Positions 9,480 through 19,671 are shown, numbered from the stretch's first letter. The stretch is DNA of 64,000 nt from an uncultured Solirubrobacterales bacterium (GCA_963706565.1 CAVPMQ010000003.1:259119-323118), one strand, 5' to 3'. Notes: generated by a model from the sequence alone, not told the origin. Translations and numbers: made by a program.

Positions 9480-10701
9480 ACCCCGACCAGCCGTCGGCGA
9501 TGTCCGAGCCGGCCAGCACCACGCGTCCCTCGGCCGACCGCATCGCGGCGTGGTGGTGCTCGTACCAGCCGGGGCGATGGATCGCCCAGGTCCCGCGCGA
9601 ACGCTCGTCGGCGAGCCAGTCGTGGGCGGTCGCGTCGAGCACCTCGTAGCCGGGCATGATCTCGTCGAGCTGGCGTTGCACCGCCGGCAGGTCGGTTGCG
9701 TCGCAGCGCTCGGCGTCGATCCCGAACCCGATCATCAGCTGGGTCCCGTCGTCGAACAGCTCCTCGGTGTCGAGATAACCGAACGGGTGGCCCGACCGGA
9801 TCGCGTTCTGCCACACGGGTTCGCCCCGCGCGTGGATGAAGATCTTGATCCCGCGCGATGCCTGACCGACTGCGATCGCCTCGAGCTTGTCCTCGGACAG
9901 CCCGGGCGAGAACGAGATCGCGTCGAGTGCGTTGATCGGCACCGCCACCACCGCCGCCCGCGCCGCCACGACTGCGCCGTCGCGCGTCTGCACCTCGACG
10001 TGGCCGCTGCGCTGCGCCACCTCGGCCACCGCCGCGCCGAGGCGCCGCTCGACCGGCGCCCCGGTCGCGATCGCCTGCAGCAGCGCCCGCGTCCCGCCGG
10101 CGATCGTCACCCGGCCGCCGGTGAACTGCGTGAGCTCGAGGCTGTAGCCCGACAGGGCGTGCCAGCGCAGTACCGAGACCGCGCCGGCGTCGGCCAGCGG
10201 CGCGTGGGCGAGCGACTCGAGCTCGGCGGTCAGCACGTCGCGCTCCTCCGCCGGCAGCTCGAGCTCGTCGAGCCGCTGGGCGATCGAGAGCCGGTCAAAC
10301 CGCGCGAGCTCGTCGATCGCAGACAGTGGGTCGTGGGGATTAGGGAGTGCGGTGCGCACGCCGTCGACGAACTTGTCCCAGCCGCGACGGGCGATCTCGT
10401 CGCGCTCTGAGATCGTCGCCCGGCGACGCTCGTCGCCGACGTACCAGGCCGCGACCTCGGCGTCCTCTGAGAGCAGCACCGAGAGGCCCGCCCGAGTGAG
10501 CTCAGAGAAAGTGTGCGGCTGGTGCCAGTGCACCCAGGCGCCTCCGTATTCGATCGGCACCGGCCCCCAATCCGAGCGCCAGGTCCGACCGCCGAGGCGG
10601 TCGCGCGCCTCGAGCAACACGACCGAGCGCCCCTGCAACGCCGCCTCCCGGGCCGCGGTGACGCCCGCGAACCCACCTCCAACGACGGCTACGTCGTACA
10701 C
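9412..10701 (-). CDS. Flavin monoamine oxidase family protein
   Basis: YDVAVVGGGFAG FAD motif, LLEARDRLGGR, EYGGAWVH and GFIDGAIESG; GTG at 10701 overlaps the upstream stop. Confidence 0.9.
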   Translation of the reverse strand: MYDVAVVGGGFAGVTAAREAALQGRSVVLLEARDRLGGRTWRSDWGPVPIEYGGAWVHWHQPHTFSELTRAGLSVLLSEDAEVAAWYVGDERRRATISERDEIARRGWDKFVDGVRTALPNPHDPLSAIDELARFDRLSIAQRLDELELPAEERDVLTAELESLAHAPLADAGAVSVLRWHALSGYSLELTQFTGGRVTIAGGTRALLQAIATGAPVERRLGAAVAEVAQRSGHVEVQTRDGAVVAARAAVVAVPINALDAISFSPGLSEDKLEAIAVGQASRGIKIFIHARGEPVWQNAIRSGHPFGYLDTEELFDDGTQLMIGFGIDAERCDATDLPAVQRQLDEIMPGYEVLDATAHDWLADERSRGTWAIHRPGWYEHHHAAMRSAEGRVVLAGSDIADGWSGFIDGAIESGLRAGTRAAALAAR

Positions 10702-12839
10702 GCCCGCGCCCCCTCGGCCGCGGACCCGACAGCGTCGGCCACGGGCCGCGGCGACCGGATCGCTGCATCGGCCACGACCGCGCCGGCGGCGGACACCAGC
10801 ACCGGGTTGAGCTCGACGAGCTCCAGCGAGCGTTCGACCAGCAGCTCGCCGACGCGCTCGGCCAGCCGCGCCGCGGCACCGACGTCGCACATCTCCCGGC
10901 CGCGGCCGCCCTCCAGCACCGGGGCCCCACGCAGCGACCGCAGCGCCCGCTCGATCCGAGCGGCGTCGGCGGGCAGCGGCACGATCGCCACGTCGTCGAG
11001 CAGCTCGGTCCAGATTCCGCCCAGACCCAGCACCAGCGCCGGCACGATCGCGTCGGTGCGTGCCGCCACTAACAGCTCCACCCCGGGGTCGGCCATCCGC
11101 TCGCCCAGGACCTCGCCGCCGTGATCGGCGGCCACCGCGGCGATCCGGGTGAACGCATCGCGGACGGCAAGCGGATCGGCGAGCCCGAGCGCGACCCCGC
11201 CGAGCTCTGACTTGTGCTGGACCGCCGGCGAGCTCAGCTTCAGCGCGATCGGCCCGCCCAGCTCGGCCAGCGCCGCGACCGCGTCGTCGGGGTCGGCCAC
11301 CACGCGCCCCTCGACCACGTCGACGCCGGCGGCGCGCAGCAGTTGCTTTGACTCGTGCTCGCTGAGCCAGACCGGGTCGCCCTCGGTCCCCGAAGCGGCC
11401 CGCCCGGCGACCTCGGCGATCTCGCGCAGCCGAGCGGAGTCGCCCGGGGGCAGCCGCATCGCGGCCGCGCACGCGATCCCGGTGCGCAAGCCCGCGGCCG
11501 CCGGCACCCCAGCCTGGGCGAACCGCCAGGCAGCGGCGTCGTCGAGCAGTTCGGGTAGCGTCGCCGCCACCAGCGTCGGCGCCGGGCTCGCCGCCGACCC
11601 GGCGATGATCCCGTCGCGAACCGCGGCCCACGACTCGTCGACGGCCCCCGCCATCCCGGTCGGCGTGTCGTAGAACACCAGCACCTGGCCGATCGACGGG
11701 TCCGAGCCGACGGCGGTCACGAGCTCCCCGAGCGCGCGCTTGTCGCCCCAGATCATCGCGGTGTAGTCGAGCGGGTTGGCGACGGTCGCGGCCGACGGCA
11801 GCAGCTCGCGCAGTCGCGCGGCCGTCTGGTCAGAGAACGCGGGCAGCCCGAGTCCGGCCTCGGCGGCGGCGTCGGCGCCCTGCGCCGAGTCGCCGCCAGA
11901 ACACGTCACGATCGCCAGCCCGCGGCTGGGCCGCGTCGAGCGCGGCACCGCCAGTGTCTTGGCCAGCTCGAGCAGCTCGTGCACGTCCGCGGCCCAGACC
12001 CCTCCGGCCTCTTGCACCAGGCTGCGGAAGACCCGCTGGTCGCCGGCGAGCGCGGCGCTGTGTGCGGCCGCGGCTCGCGCCCCGGCGGGGGAGCTCCCGA
12101 CCTTGAGCACCACCACCGCGACGCCGGCGTCCGCGCACGCGGCCAGCCCCTGGCACAGGCGCGGACCGCCGTCGTCCTCCAGATACAGCGCGACCGATCG
12201 CAGGCCGTCCTCGCGAGCCAGCAGCTCGAGGTAGTCGGCGGCCGACAGGACCGCCTGGTTACCGCTGGCGACCACGGTGTGAAACCGCAGCCCGCGGCGG
12301 GTGCCGAGCGCATTGACGGCGACGTTGCCGCTCTGGGAGATCAGCGCCACCGCGCCGGGCTCCGCGGGCGCGAACGCGTCGCCCCACAACGCCGTGCGCG
12401 AGTGCATGGCCACGATCCCGTTGCAGTTGGGGCCGCACACCGGCAGTCGCTGGCGGCGGGACGCCCGGACGAGCTGTGCCTGCAGCGCCACGCCGTCGGC
12501 GACCTCGGCGAAGCCGGCGCTGAACACGACCGCGCCGCCGCACCCGCGGACCCCGGCCTGCTCGATCGCGTCGGGCACCGCGGCCGCGGGGATCGCGACC
12601 ACGACCGCGTCGGCGGCCTCGGGCAGATCGGCGATCGACGGCACACACGGACGCCCCAGCGCCTCGTCGCGGTTGGGGTTCACCCCCCAGACCTTGCCGG
12701 GGTAGCCGATCGCGTCGAGGCTGATCAGCGCCTGGGCGCCATAGCTCCCGCGGCGGTCGGTGGCCCCGACGACCGCGACCGATCGCGGCCGCAGCAGCCG
12801 GTCCAGGCGGTATCCGGGGGCATCATCGGAACCGCTCAA
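10689..12839 (-). CDS. Acetate/acyl-CoA ligase (ADP-forming type; CoA-binding + ATP-grasp)
   Basis: PRSVAVVGAT, GPNCNG, SQSG, AAAHSAALAG (phospho-His region), NPLD, HKSELGGV and ELNPV motifs. Confidence 0.88.
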   Translation of the reverse strand: MSGSDDAPGYRLDRLLRPRSVAVVGATDRRGSYGAQALISLDAIGYPGKVWGVNPNRDEALGRPCVPSIADLPEAADAVVVAIPAAAVPDAIEQAGVRGCGGAVVFSAGFAEVADGVALQAQLVRASRRQRLPVCGPNCNGIVAMHSRTALWGDAFAPAEPGAVALISQSGNVAVNALGTRRGLRFHTVVASGNQAVLSAADYLELLAREDGLRSVALYLEDDGGPRLCQGLAACADAGVAVVVLKVGSSPAGARAAAAHSAALAGDQRVFRSLVQEAGGVWAADVHELLELAKTLAVPRSTRPSRGLAIVTCSGGDSAQGADAAAEAGLGLPAFSDQTAARLRELLPSAATVANPLDYTAMIWGDKRALGELVTAVGSDPSIGQVLVFYDTPTGMAGAVDESWAAVRDGIIAGSAASPAPTLVAATLPELLDDAAAWRFAQAGVPAAAGLRTGIACAAAMRLPPGDSARLREIAEVAGRAASGTEGDPVWLSEHESKQLLRAAGVDVVEGRVVADPDDAVAALAELGGPIALKLSSPAVQHKSELGGVALGLADPLAVRDAFTRIAAVAADHGGEVLGERMADPGVELLVAARTDAIVPALVLGLGGIWTELLDDVAIVPLPADAARIERALRSLRGAPVLEGGRGREMCDVGAAARLAERVGELLVERSLELVELNPVLVSAAGAVVADAAIRSPRPVADAVGSAAEGARACTT

Positions 12840-14032
12840 TGGATCGTCGCCTCGACCCCGCGGCGCTCGAGCGCGCGGGCGATGATCAGCCGCTGAACCT
12901 CGCTGGTCCCCTCCCAGATCCGGTCCACGCGCAGCTCGCGCTGAAAACGCTCGGCCACGTTGGAGCGCATGTAGCCGCGGCCACCGAAGGTCTGCACGGC
13001 ACGGTCGGCGCAGCGGCCGGCCGCCTCGGACACGAACAGCTTGGCCATCGACGCCTTCGCGTGGATCAGCTTGAGGTCAGCGCCGCCGTCGACCATCCCG
13101 GCCACCTGCAGCGCCAGCAGCCGCCCGACCGCCGCGTCGGTCGCGGAGTCCGCGAGCGGGAACGAGACGCCCTGGTAGTCCATGATCCGAGCGCCGCCCT
13201 GGACCCGGTGAAGCGCCCAGTCGGTGGTGTCTTCGAGCAGCCGCCACATCGCGCCGAGGCCGTGGGTGGCGATCCCGAGACGCTCCTCGGTGAACCAGGC
13301 GCGCTGCAGCGTCTCGCCCTCGCCGATGCCGCCGATCACCGCGTCGGCCTCGACCTCGACCTCGGTGAAGCGGATCGTCGGGTGACCGTGGGGGTAGTTG
13401 TGGGTGAATTTCGGGTTGTCGACGTACTCGACGCCGGTCGCGCCCGGCTCGATCAAGAACAGCGTCGGCAGCCGGTCGGAGCCGTCGACGACGTTGGCCA
13501 TCACGATCAGCACGCGCGCCACGTCGCCCGACGTCACGAACCACTTCTCGCCGTTGATCCGCCAGCCCGCGTCGGTGCGCACCGCGGTGCTCGCGATCCC
13601 ACCGGGATCCGAGCCGGCCTCGGCCTCGGTGACCGCATATGCGTCGCCGCCCTCGCCGCGCAGCGCCGGCAGCAGGTAGCGCTCGATCTGCTCGGGCGTG
13701 CCCTGGATCAGCACGTTGTAGGCACTGGGGACGTGCCAGTGAAGGCCGTTGGTGACGCGGCCGAATTGCTCGTTGACCAGGAACCAGTCGAGCATCGACC
13801 AGCCTTGTCCGCCGTACTCCGGCGCGAACCGGCCGCCGTTGAGCCGGGCCGCAATCGCCTCGCGCTTGATCGCGTCGATCGTCGCCTCGGGCAGCTCACC
13901 GCCGCGCTCCTCGGCCTCGAGCTCGAGCGGCATCAGCACGTTCTCGACGAACTCGCGAGCTCGTTGCTGCAGTTCGAGCTGATCCGGCGTCAGCTCAAGT
14001 CCGCCGGTCGTGGGGGATGTCGTCGTGCTCAT
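12836..14032 (-). CDS. Acyl-CoA dehydrogenase
   Basis: AYAVTEAEAGSD, INGEKWFVT, QTFGGRGY and RIWEGTSEVQR motifs. Confidence 0.93.
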   Translation of the reverse strand: MSTTTSPTTGGLELTPDQLELQQRAREFVENVLMPLELEAEERGGELPEATIDAIKREAIAARLNGGRFAPEYGGQGWSMLDWFLVNEQFGRVTNGLHWHVPSAYNVLIQGTPEQIERYLLPALRGEGGDAYAVTEAEAGSDPGGIASTAVRTDAGWRINGEKWFVTSGDVARVLIVMANVVDGSDRLPTLFLIEPGATGVEYVDNPKFTHNYPHGHPTIRFTEVEVEADAVIGGIGEGETLQRAWFTEERLGIATHGLGAMWRLLEDTTDWALHRVQGGARIMDYQGVSFPLADSATDAAVGRLLALQVAGMVDGGADLKLIHAKASMAKLFVSEAAGRCADRAVQTFGGRGYMRSNVAERFQRELRVDRIWEGTSEVQRLIIARALERRGVEATIH

Positions 14033-14421
14033 GGGCTTCCTTTGAGTGATTCGTGGTGGTTTTGGTCCTCGGCCAGCTCCGAGAGCCGCGCCCTGTCCGC
14101 TGCCGTTCGCTCCGCGGCGCGCCCCGGCAGCGCCAGCAGCAGGTTGTGGTGGTTGGCCAGCACCGCCGTCGCCCGCGTGCGAGCGCGGGCCAGCTCCGGG
14201 TCGTCAGCGGGCAGCGCCCGCTCGATCAGCCCGATCACGCCGTGCAGGTAGGCGAGCCAATCGCGCTGGCGGCCGTGCAGCACCAGCCGCTCGATCCGCT
14301 CACGCTCGGCGTCGACCGCCGCGGGCGGCGGCACGTGGCCGTGGCGAAGCGTCGCGACGGCCTGGGGAAGCTCACGCTCGGGCTCGGGCGTGATCGACAG
14401 CCACGACACGCGCTTGACCAT
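14029..14421 (-). CDS. Hypothetical protein, first gene of the ACAD-ligase-MAO operon
   Basis: ATGA overlap with the ACAD start; 130-aa helical ORF. Confidence 0.65.
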   Translation of the reverse strand: MVKRVSWLSITPEPERELPQAVATLRHGHVPPPAAVDAERERIERLVLHGRQRDWLAYLHGVIGLIERALPADDPELARARTRATAVLANHHNLLLALPGRAAERTAADRARLSELAEDQNHHESLKGSP

Positions 14422-14440
14422 GCGCGGTAGACTAACACCA

Positions 14441-14460
14441 ACTGATCACAAAGTCAGGAA
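14441..14460. promoter_or_regulatory. Putative TetR operator (CTGA-N8-TCAG core)
   Basis: ACTGATCACAAAGTCAGGAA in a divergent intergenic region; its reverse complement matches the site at 17653-17672. Confidence 0.6.
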
Positions 14461-14472
14461 TCGGAGAGGGAC

Positions 14473-15660
14473 ATGGAATCCAGCACCACGCCGGGCACGC
14501 ACGACCAGCCGACCAACGGTCACCAGGAGGTCCCGCCGTCGGTGCCGCTGTCCCCCGAGGACCTATCGTTTCGCGCGCTCAGTCCCCGCCTGTACACCGA
14601 TCCTGAGGTGGCCACGGCCGAGCAGGAGCTGATCTTCGAGCGGACCTGGCAGCTGGCCGGTCACGTCGGTTCGCTGTCCGGACCCGGCAGCTACATCACC
14701 GCCACCGCCGGCACCCAGCCGGTGCTGATCGTCCGTGACGAGAACGGAGAATTGCGGGCCTATCGCAACATCTGCCGGCACCGCGGTTCGCGCCTGCTCA
14801 GCGGCGACGGCCAGTGCAAGGGGGCGATCCGCTGCCGCTATCACGGCTGGACGTATCGGTTCGACGGGACGCTGATCGGCGTTCCCGAAGGGCTCGCGTT
14901 CGGGGAGCGCCTGGACAAGCCCAAGCTCGGGCTGCTGCCGGTTTCAGTCGAGGAGTTCTGCGGGCTGGTGTTCTTCAACATCGATCCGCACGCCACCCCC
15001 CTGGCCGAGCTGCTCGGCGACCTGCCGCAGCGGCTGGAGCGCTATCGGATCCCAACGCTGGAGTCGTTCGCTCCCGGCCGCGGAACTCAGCCGGCCAACT
15101 GGAAGGTTGTCGCCGACAACTACATCGAGGGCTACCACATCCCGATCGCCCATCCTGGGCTGATGCGGATGCTCGACTACAAGCGCTACGCCGTCGAGGT
15201 CCATCGGCACTACATCTGGTTCGAGGCCCCGATGCGCGACAAGCCCAGCAATAACCGGCTCGAGCGCATGTACTCCAAGCTCGTGACCACGATGCCCGGC
15301 CTGACCGAGGAGGACCTCCGGGTCTGGCGTTACGTGTTCATCTACCCGAACACGACGATCGACCTGTACCCCGACCAGGTCAATACCTGGCAGATGAATC
15401 CCGACGGCGTGGCCCGGACGCGCGACGTGTTCGGCTCCTACCGGGCGACCGGCGCCGACCCTCGGACCCGGGCCGCTCAGTGGCTCAACCAGAAGCTCAA
15501 CAACCTCGTGCTCGACGAGGACATCGATCTCGTCGACAACGTCCAGCAGGGCCTGCAGACACGCGGGTACGAGTGCGGTCCGCTGTCGCGGCGCGAGGAT
15601 GCGGTGGCATGGCTCGCCGACCGCGTCCGCGCCGACCTCGCCCCTAAGATCGAGGTATGA
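14473..15660 (+). CDS. Rieske non-heme iron oxygenase alpha subunit (choline/carnitine monooxygenase-like)
   Basis: CRHRG...CRYHGW Rieske ligands; NWK..ADNYIEGYH...AH iron site; EDIDLVDNVQQG. Confidence 0.92.
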   Translation: MESSTTPGTHDQPTNGHQEVPPSVPLSPEDLSFRALSPRLYTDPEVATAEQELIFERTWQLAGHVGSLSGPGSYITATAGTQPVLIVRDENGELRAYRNICRHRGSRLLSGDGQCKGAIRCRYHGWTYRFDGTLIGVPEGLAFGERLDKPKLGLLPVSVEEFCGLVFFNIDPHATPLAELLGDLPQRLERYRIPTLESFAPGRGTQPANWKVVADNYIEGYHIPIAHPGLMRMLDYKRYAVEVHRHYIWFEAPMRDKPSNNRLERMYSKLVTTMPGLTEEDLRVWRYVFIYPNTTIDLYPDQVNTWQMNPDGVARTRDVFGSYRATGADPRTRAAQWLNQKLNNLVLDEDIDLVDNVQQGLQTRGYECGPLSRREDAVAWLADRVRADLAPKIEV

Positions 15661-16349
15661 GCGCGGATAGTCGCGGGAGCGCTCGCGAGCGGATCCTCGC
15701 GGCCGCTGTCAGGCAGATCGCCCTCGAGGGCATCGACGGCGTCCGGATCGCGCGGATCGCGATGGACGCCGGCGTCTCGACATCACTGGTCCACTACCAC
15801 TTCGCCAGCCGCGACGCGCTGCTGGCCGAGGCGCTCGACTACTCCTACGTGCACGCCGGCGACGCGCGGATCTCGACCGGCGACCTGCCATTCAGCTCCC
15901 GGGCACAGCGGCTGCAGTCGATGATCGATCAGTGCCTACCGCACTCCGAAGCGTTGCGCGAGGACTGGGTGCTGTGGGTCGAGCTGTGGCTGCGCGCGGC
16001 GCGCGTGCCGGAGCTGCGTCCGGTGGCCGAGGAGCTCTACGCGCGGCTGCACGCCTGGTTCGCCGAAGAGATTTCGGCGGGCGTGGAGAGCGGCGAGTTC
16101 CAGCGCTGCGATCCGGATGAGGTCACCGATCGGGTGCTCGCGCTGCTGGACGGATATGGCGTGCGCACGCTGATTGGCGACTCGGCGATCCCGCTCGAGC
16201 GCGCCCGGCGTGCGGTCGGCTCGGCGCTGGCCCGCGACCTCGGGTTGGGCGAGCAGCTGGTTCTGGCCGGGAGCGCTCAGACGGGGGAGCCGGTGCCCAG
16301 CGCCGACCGCGCCGCCGAGCGGCCGGTGCGGACCGCGCCCTCCATGTAG
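15657..16349 (+). CDS. TetR family regulator (BetI-like C-terminus)
   Basis: HTH IARIAMDAGVSTSLVHYHF; WVLWVELW. Confidence 0.9.
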   Translation: MSADSRGSARERILAAAVRQIALEGIDGVRIARIAMDAGVSTSLVHYHFASRDALLAEALDYSYVHAGDARISTGDLPFSSRAQRLQSMIDQCLPHSEALREDWVLWVELWLRAARVPELRPVAEELYARLHAWFAEEISAGVESGEFQRCDPDEVTDRVLALLDGYGVRTLIGDSAIPLERARRAVGSALARDLGLGEQLVLAGSAQTGEPVPSADRAAERPVRTAPSM

Positions 16350-17596
16350 CCGGCCACCCAGTGGTCTGAGCCGGCCACGTAGAACGGTGGCTCGTGGGTG
16401 CCGTGCAACGGCCCCACCCGGTTCACGTCGCCCGGCGCCCAGCTCGTGATGTAGCCCCGGGTGAACGGGTCTGAGCCCCAGGCTCGCTCGAGCATCGACA
16501 GCGGGGTGCGGGCGCGCTCGCCATACAGCTCCACAAGTCCGTCGATCACCGCTTCGCCGCGCGCCGGTGCGGGCGCCGACACGAACGCCGAGAAGCGCTC
16601 TGGCGGAACCAGCATCGATAGCACCCCCGGGCTCTGCGGCCACGTCGAACCGAACAGCCACTCGGTCTCGGCAAGTCCGTTCTGACCGCTCTCCTGCCAG
16701 AACGGCTCGTCGTAGGCGGCGACCACCTTGGCCGCCAGCGCGTGTCGCTGGGCTCCCAGCGAGCGCAGCCGCGCGTCGCTGACGCCGCTGATCTGCAGCT
16801 CGCGGAGCGGACCGGCGGGGACCGCGCACACCACCGCCTCGGCCTCGATCAGCTCGCCATCGACGAGCGTCACCCGCACCCGGCCCGGAGCCACGGCGAT
16901 CCGACGCACGACCGCGTCGTAGCGGACGCGGTCGCCCAGCTCCGAGGCCATCGTCAACGCGACCGAGGCCGACCCCTCCGCGACCCGCAGCCCCTCCCAC
17001 TGATCGAGGTCGTAGAAGTTGTCGCCGCCGAGCGCGGCATGCTTGCGGAGATCCGACAGCAGCGAGGTGCGCTCCGGCGAGTCGCACGACAGCGACAGCG
17101 ACGCGAGCTCATGGCGCCGGCACACGGCGGGCAGCGCCCGCTCAGCGCGCAGCCACGCTCCGAGGCTGAGCCGATCCAGCTTGTCGGCGTCGGGGTGCGA
17201 CCACGGGTCGTCGGCGTCGACCATCGCGGCCAGCCGCGCGAACTCGCGCTGCACCCGCTCCTCGTCGGCATGCTCCTCGGCGCTCATCCACGGCGGCTCG
17301 TCGCCGACGTGCACTCCCTCGAGCAGGCCCCAGGTCATCTCGCCGGGGTCGGCGACGTAGCTCTCCTCGATCGTCAGCCCGAGCTCCTCGACAAGCTCGC
17401 GGTAGGCGTGGTGTCCGGGGCCGAACACCTCTCCCCCAGCCTGCGCGGTCCGGCCGTCGGGGAGCATCACCTGCTCGACGCGCCCGCCGGGGCGGTCTCG
17501 AGCCTCGAGGACCATCACGTCTGAGCCCGCGCGGGCGAGGTCACGCGCCGCCGCCAGGCCACCCAATCCGGCTCCCACGACAGCGACGTCAATCAA
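16277..17596 (-). CDS. Flavin monoamine oxidase family protein
   Basis: DVAVVGAGLGG, VLEARDRPGGR, WGSDPFTRG and GYMEGAVRTG motifs; TTG at 17596 after a GGGGAGG RBS. Confidence 0.9.
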   Translation of the reverse strand: MIDVAVVGAGLGGLAAARDLARAGSDVMVLEARDRPGGRVEQVMLPDGRTAQAGGEVFGPGHHAYRELVEELGLTIEESYVADPGEMTWGLLEGVHVGDEPPWMSAEEHADEERVQREFARLAAMVDADDPWSHPDADKLDRLSLGAWLRAERALPAVCRRHELASLSLSCDSPERTSLLSDLRKHAALGGDNFYDLDQWEGLRVAEGSASVALTMASELGDRVRYDAVVRRIAVAPGRVRVTLVDGELIEAEAVVCAVPAGPLRELQISGVSDARLRSLGAQRHALAAKVVAAYDEPFWQESGQNGLAETEWLFGSTWPQSPGVLSMLVPPERFSAFVSAPAPARGEAVIDGLVELYGERARTPLSMLERAWGSDPFTRGYITSWAPGDVNRVGPLHGTHEPPFYVAGSDHWVAGYMEGAVRTGRSAARSALGTGSPV

Positions 17597-17624
17597 AACC
17601 GATACCTCCCCGTGCGCCTGGCAC

Positions 17625-17654
17625 TTGACAGCGGTCACCAGACGGCGCTAGTTT
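17625..17654 (+). promoter_or_regulatory. Sigma-70 promoter for the TetR-ABC transporter operon
   Basis: TTGACA (17625-30), 18-nt spacer, TAGTTT (17649-54). Confidence 0.55.
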
Positions 17655-17672
17655 CCTGACTCGTCGTTCAGT
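17653..17672. promoter_or_regulatory. Putative TetR operator
   Basis: TTCCTGACT-N6-TCAGT, the same motif as 14441-14460; overlaps the predicted -10/TSS. Confidence 0.6.
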
Positions 17673-17719
17673 ATACGAATTCGTCCTCGGGCTGTGGAAG
17701 TGGATTCGTCGGAGAGAGA

Positions 17720-18385
17720 GTGGCAGGAGCGAGCTTGAGCCCGCGACCGAAAATCGAACATCTGCGCAAGCCGCAGATCATCGCGGCGGCCGCCGAGGTG
17801 TTGTACGAGCGAGGCCTGTTCGACACCCGGATCGGCGACGTGGCCGAGCGTGCGGGCACCAGCTCCCCCACGATCCTCTACTACTTCGAGTCCAAGGACC
17901 GGCTGCTCGAGGAGGCCGTCGACCAGACCGACCGCGATTTCTACACGCGGGTCACCGAAGGCCAGGCCCGGCAGCGCAGCGCCGTCGACAAGTTGGTGCA
18001 CCTGGTGACCGAGACCAGCCTCGGCCCGGCGGGCCTGACCGACTGGACGCTGTGGATGGAGATGTGGGTCCGGGCCCGGCGCGATGAGAACGTGCGCTCG
18101 ACGTACTTCCGGCTGGACCGCCGTCAGCGCGGCCTGATCGCGGACATCGTGCGTGAGGGTCAGGCATCGGGCGAGTTCGATGCCGCCGCGGACCCCGATG
18201 ATTTCGCGCTCGCGCTGAGCGGGCTCATGGACGGGCTCGGTGTGCAGGTGACGCTCGGACAACCGGACGTGACCGCCGAGCGGATGATCGACCGGTGCCT
18301 CGCGCTCGCCTCGTCGGAGCTGGGGTGCACGCTCCGGCGCGACAACGGCGACGGGACACCGCTCAGGAGAGGAGAGCAGGCGTGA
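17720..18385 (+). CDS. TetR family regulator (BetI-like C-terminus)
   Basis: HTH IGDVAERAGTSSPTILYYF; WTLWMEMW. Confidence 0.9.
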   Translation: MAGASLSPRPKIEHLRKPQIIAAAAEVLYERGLFDTRIGDVAERAGTSSPTILYYFESKDRLLEEAVDQTDRDFYTRVTEGQARQRSAVDKLVHLVTETSLGPAGLTDWTLWMEMWVRARRDENVRSTYFRLDRRQRGLIADIVREGQASGEFDAAADPDDFALALSGLMDGLGVQVTLGQPDVTAERMIDRCLALASSELGCTLRRDNGDGTPLRRGEQA

Positions 18386-19671
18386 CTCCAGATCACACTC
18401 ACGATTTCGGTGGCATCAGCGCGACCAGCCGCCGGACGTTCATCAAGCGCGCGGCGGGGATCGCCGCAGGGCTCTCGGTTCCCGGGCTGCTGGCCGCCTG
18501 CGGGACGACTGAGCCGGTCGCCACGGGCGGCGGCGGGTCGGCTGCGCGCGGCCCTGGGGGACTCGCGCTGGCTCGCCCCGACAACCCGGTCACGCTGCCG
18601 ATCTACGCTGGCAACAAGGCGATCGCCTCGGGCCTGAAGCCCGAGAAGGGCCCGCTGCAGTTCTACAACTGGGACCAGTACATCAATAACGACGTCGTCA
18701 AGGCGTTCGAGAAGAAGTACGGCGTCAAGGTCCAGATCAGCACGTTCACCACGATCGACGAGGCGATCTCGAAGATCTCGAGCGGCAACGTCCAGTTCGA
18801 CGTGTTCGTGCCCGAGCTGGTGTTCCTCGAGCGGCTGGCGGTCGGTAAGGTGCTGCAGCCGCTGAACCTCAGCTACATCCCGAACCTGAAGGCAAACGTG
18901 TGGCCGTCGCTGCACAGCCCGTGGTACGACGTCGGCAGCCGCTACACGGTCCCGTACACGATCTACACCACCGGGATCGGCTGGCGCGCCGACAAGCTCC
19001 CCGGCTTCAACCCGGCGAAGCTGTCGAATCCTTGGAGCGCGCTGTGGCAGGAGGGTCCGAAGATCTCGGGCAAGGTCGGGCTGCTCGACGACCAGCACGA
19101 GGGGCTGGCGATGGGGCTGCTGCACAACGGCGTCACCGACGTCAACAGCGAGAACGAGAAGCAACTCAACGCCTCCAAGGAAGCCCTGATCCAGCTCGTC
19201 AACTCGGCCAACCTGAAGTTCGACACCAACGAGTACCAGCACCTCGCCGACGGTTCGCTGTGGTTGCACCAGGCGTGGTCGGGCGACATGGCCTCGACGC
19301 CCTACTACGCGCCGAAGGGGACGAAGCCCTCGGTGTTCCGCTACTGGTGGCCGGCCGACGGACGCGGACCGATCTCAAACGACACCTTCTCGATCGTCAA
19401 GGGCGCCAAGAACCCGGTGCTGGCACACCTGTTCCTCAACCACCTGCTCGACACCAAGCAGGTGTTCAGCAACTTCAACTTCGTCTACTACCAGCAGCCG
19501 ATCAACGCGATGACGCCCGAGGCGCTGGTGTCCAAGGGCGTGATCGTCCCGAACCTGAAGTCGACGATCATCCGCGAATCGCAGTTCAAGAACGGGCTCG
19601 TCCAGGGCCCGCTCAGCCAGCAGGGTGAGGTGCTCTGGGAGAACACGTGGGCGGCGGTGAAGTCGGCGTGA
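18382..19671 (+). CDS. potD: Polyamine-type ABC transporter substrate-binding lipoprotein (PotD/PotF-like, Tat signal)
   Basis: SRRTFIK Tat motif, LAAC lipobox, YNWDQYI, YTVPY...TTGIGW and QAWSGD. Confidence 0.85.
   Translation: MTPDHTHDFGGISATSRRTFIKRAAGIAAGLSVPGLLAACGTTEPVATGGGGSAARGPGGLALARPDNPVTLPIYAGNKAIASGLKPEKGPLQFYNWDQYINNDVVKAFEKKYGVKVQISTFTTIDEAISKISSGNVQFDVFVPELVFLERLAVGKVLQPLNLSYIPNLKANVWPSLHSPWYDVGSRYTVPYTIYTTGIGWRADKLPGFNPAKLSNPWSALWQEGPKISGKVGLLDDQHEGLAMGLLHNGVTDVNSENEKQLNASKEALIQLVNSANLKFDTNEYQHLADGSLWLHQAWSGDMASTPYYAPKGTKPSVFRYWWPADGRGPISNDTFSIVKGAKNPVLAHLFLNHLLDTKQVFSNFNFVYYQQPINAMTPEALVSKGVIVPNLKSTIIRESQFKNGLVQGPLSQQGEVLWENTWAAVKSA

Noticed and set aside
12839-14251. Long antisense or alternate-frame ORFs (also 29364-30944, 55006-56970, 58425-60881, etc.)
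   Set aside because: Shadow ORFs typical of high-GC DNA, opposite well-supported genes and without recognisable motifs.
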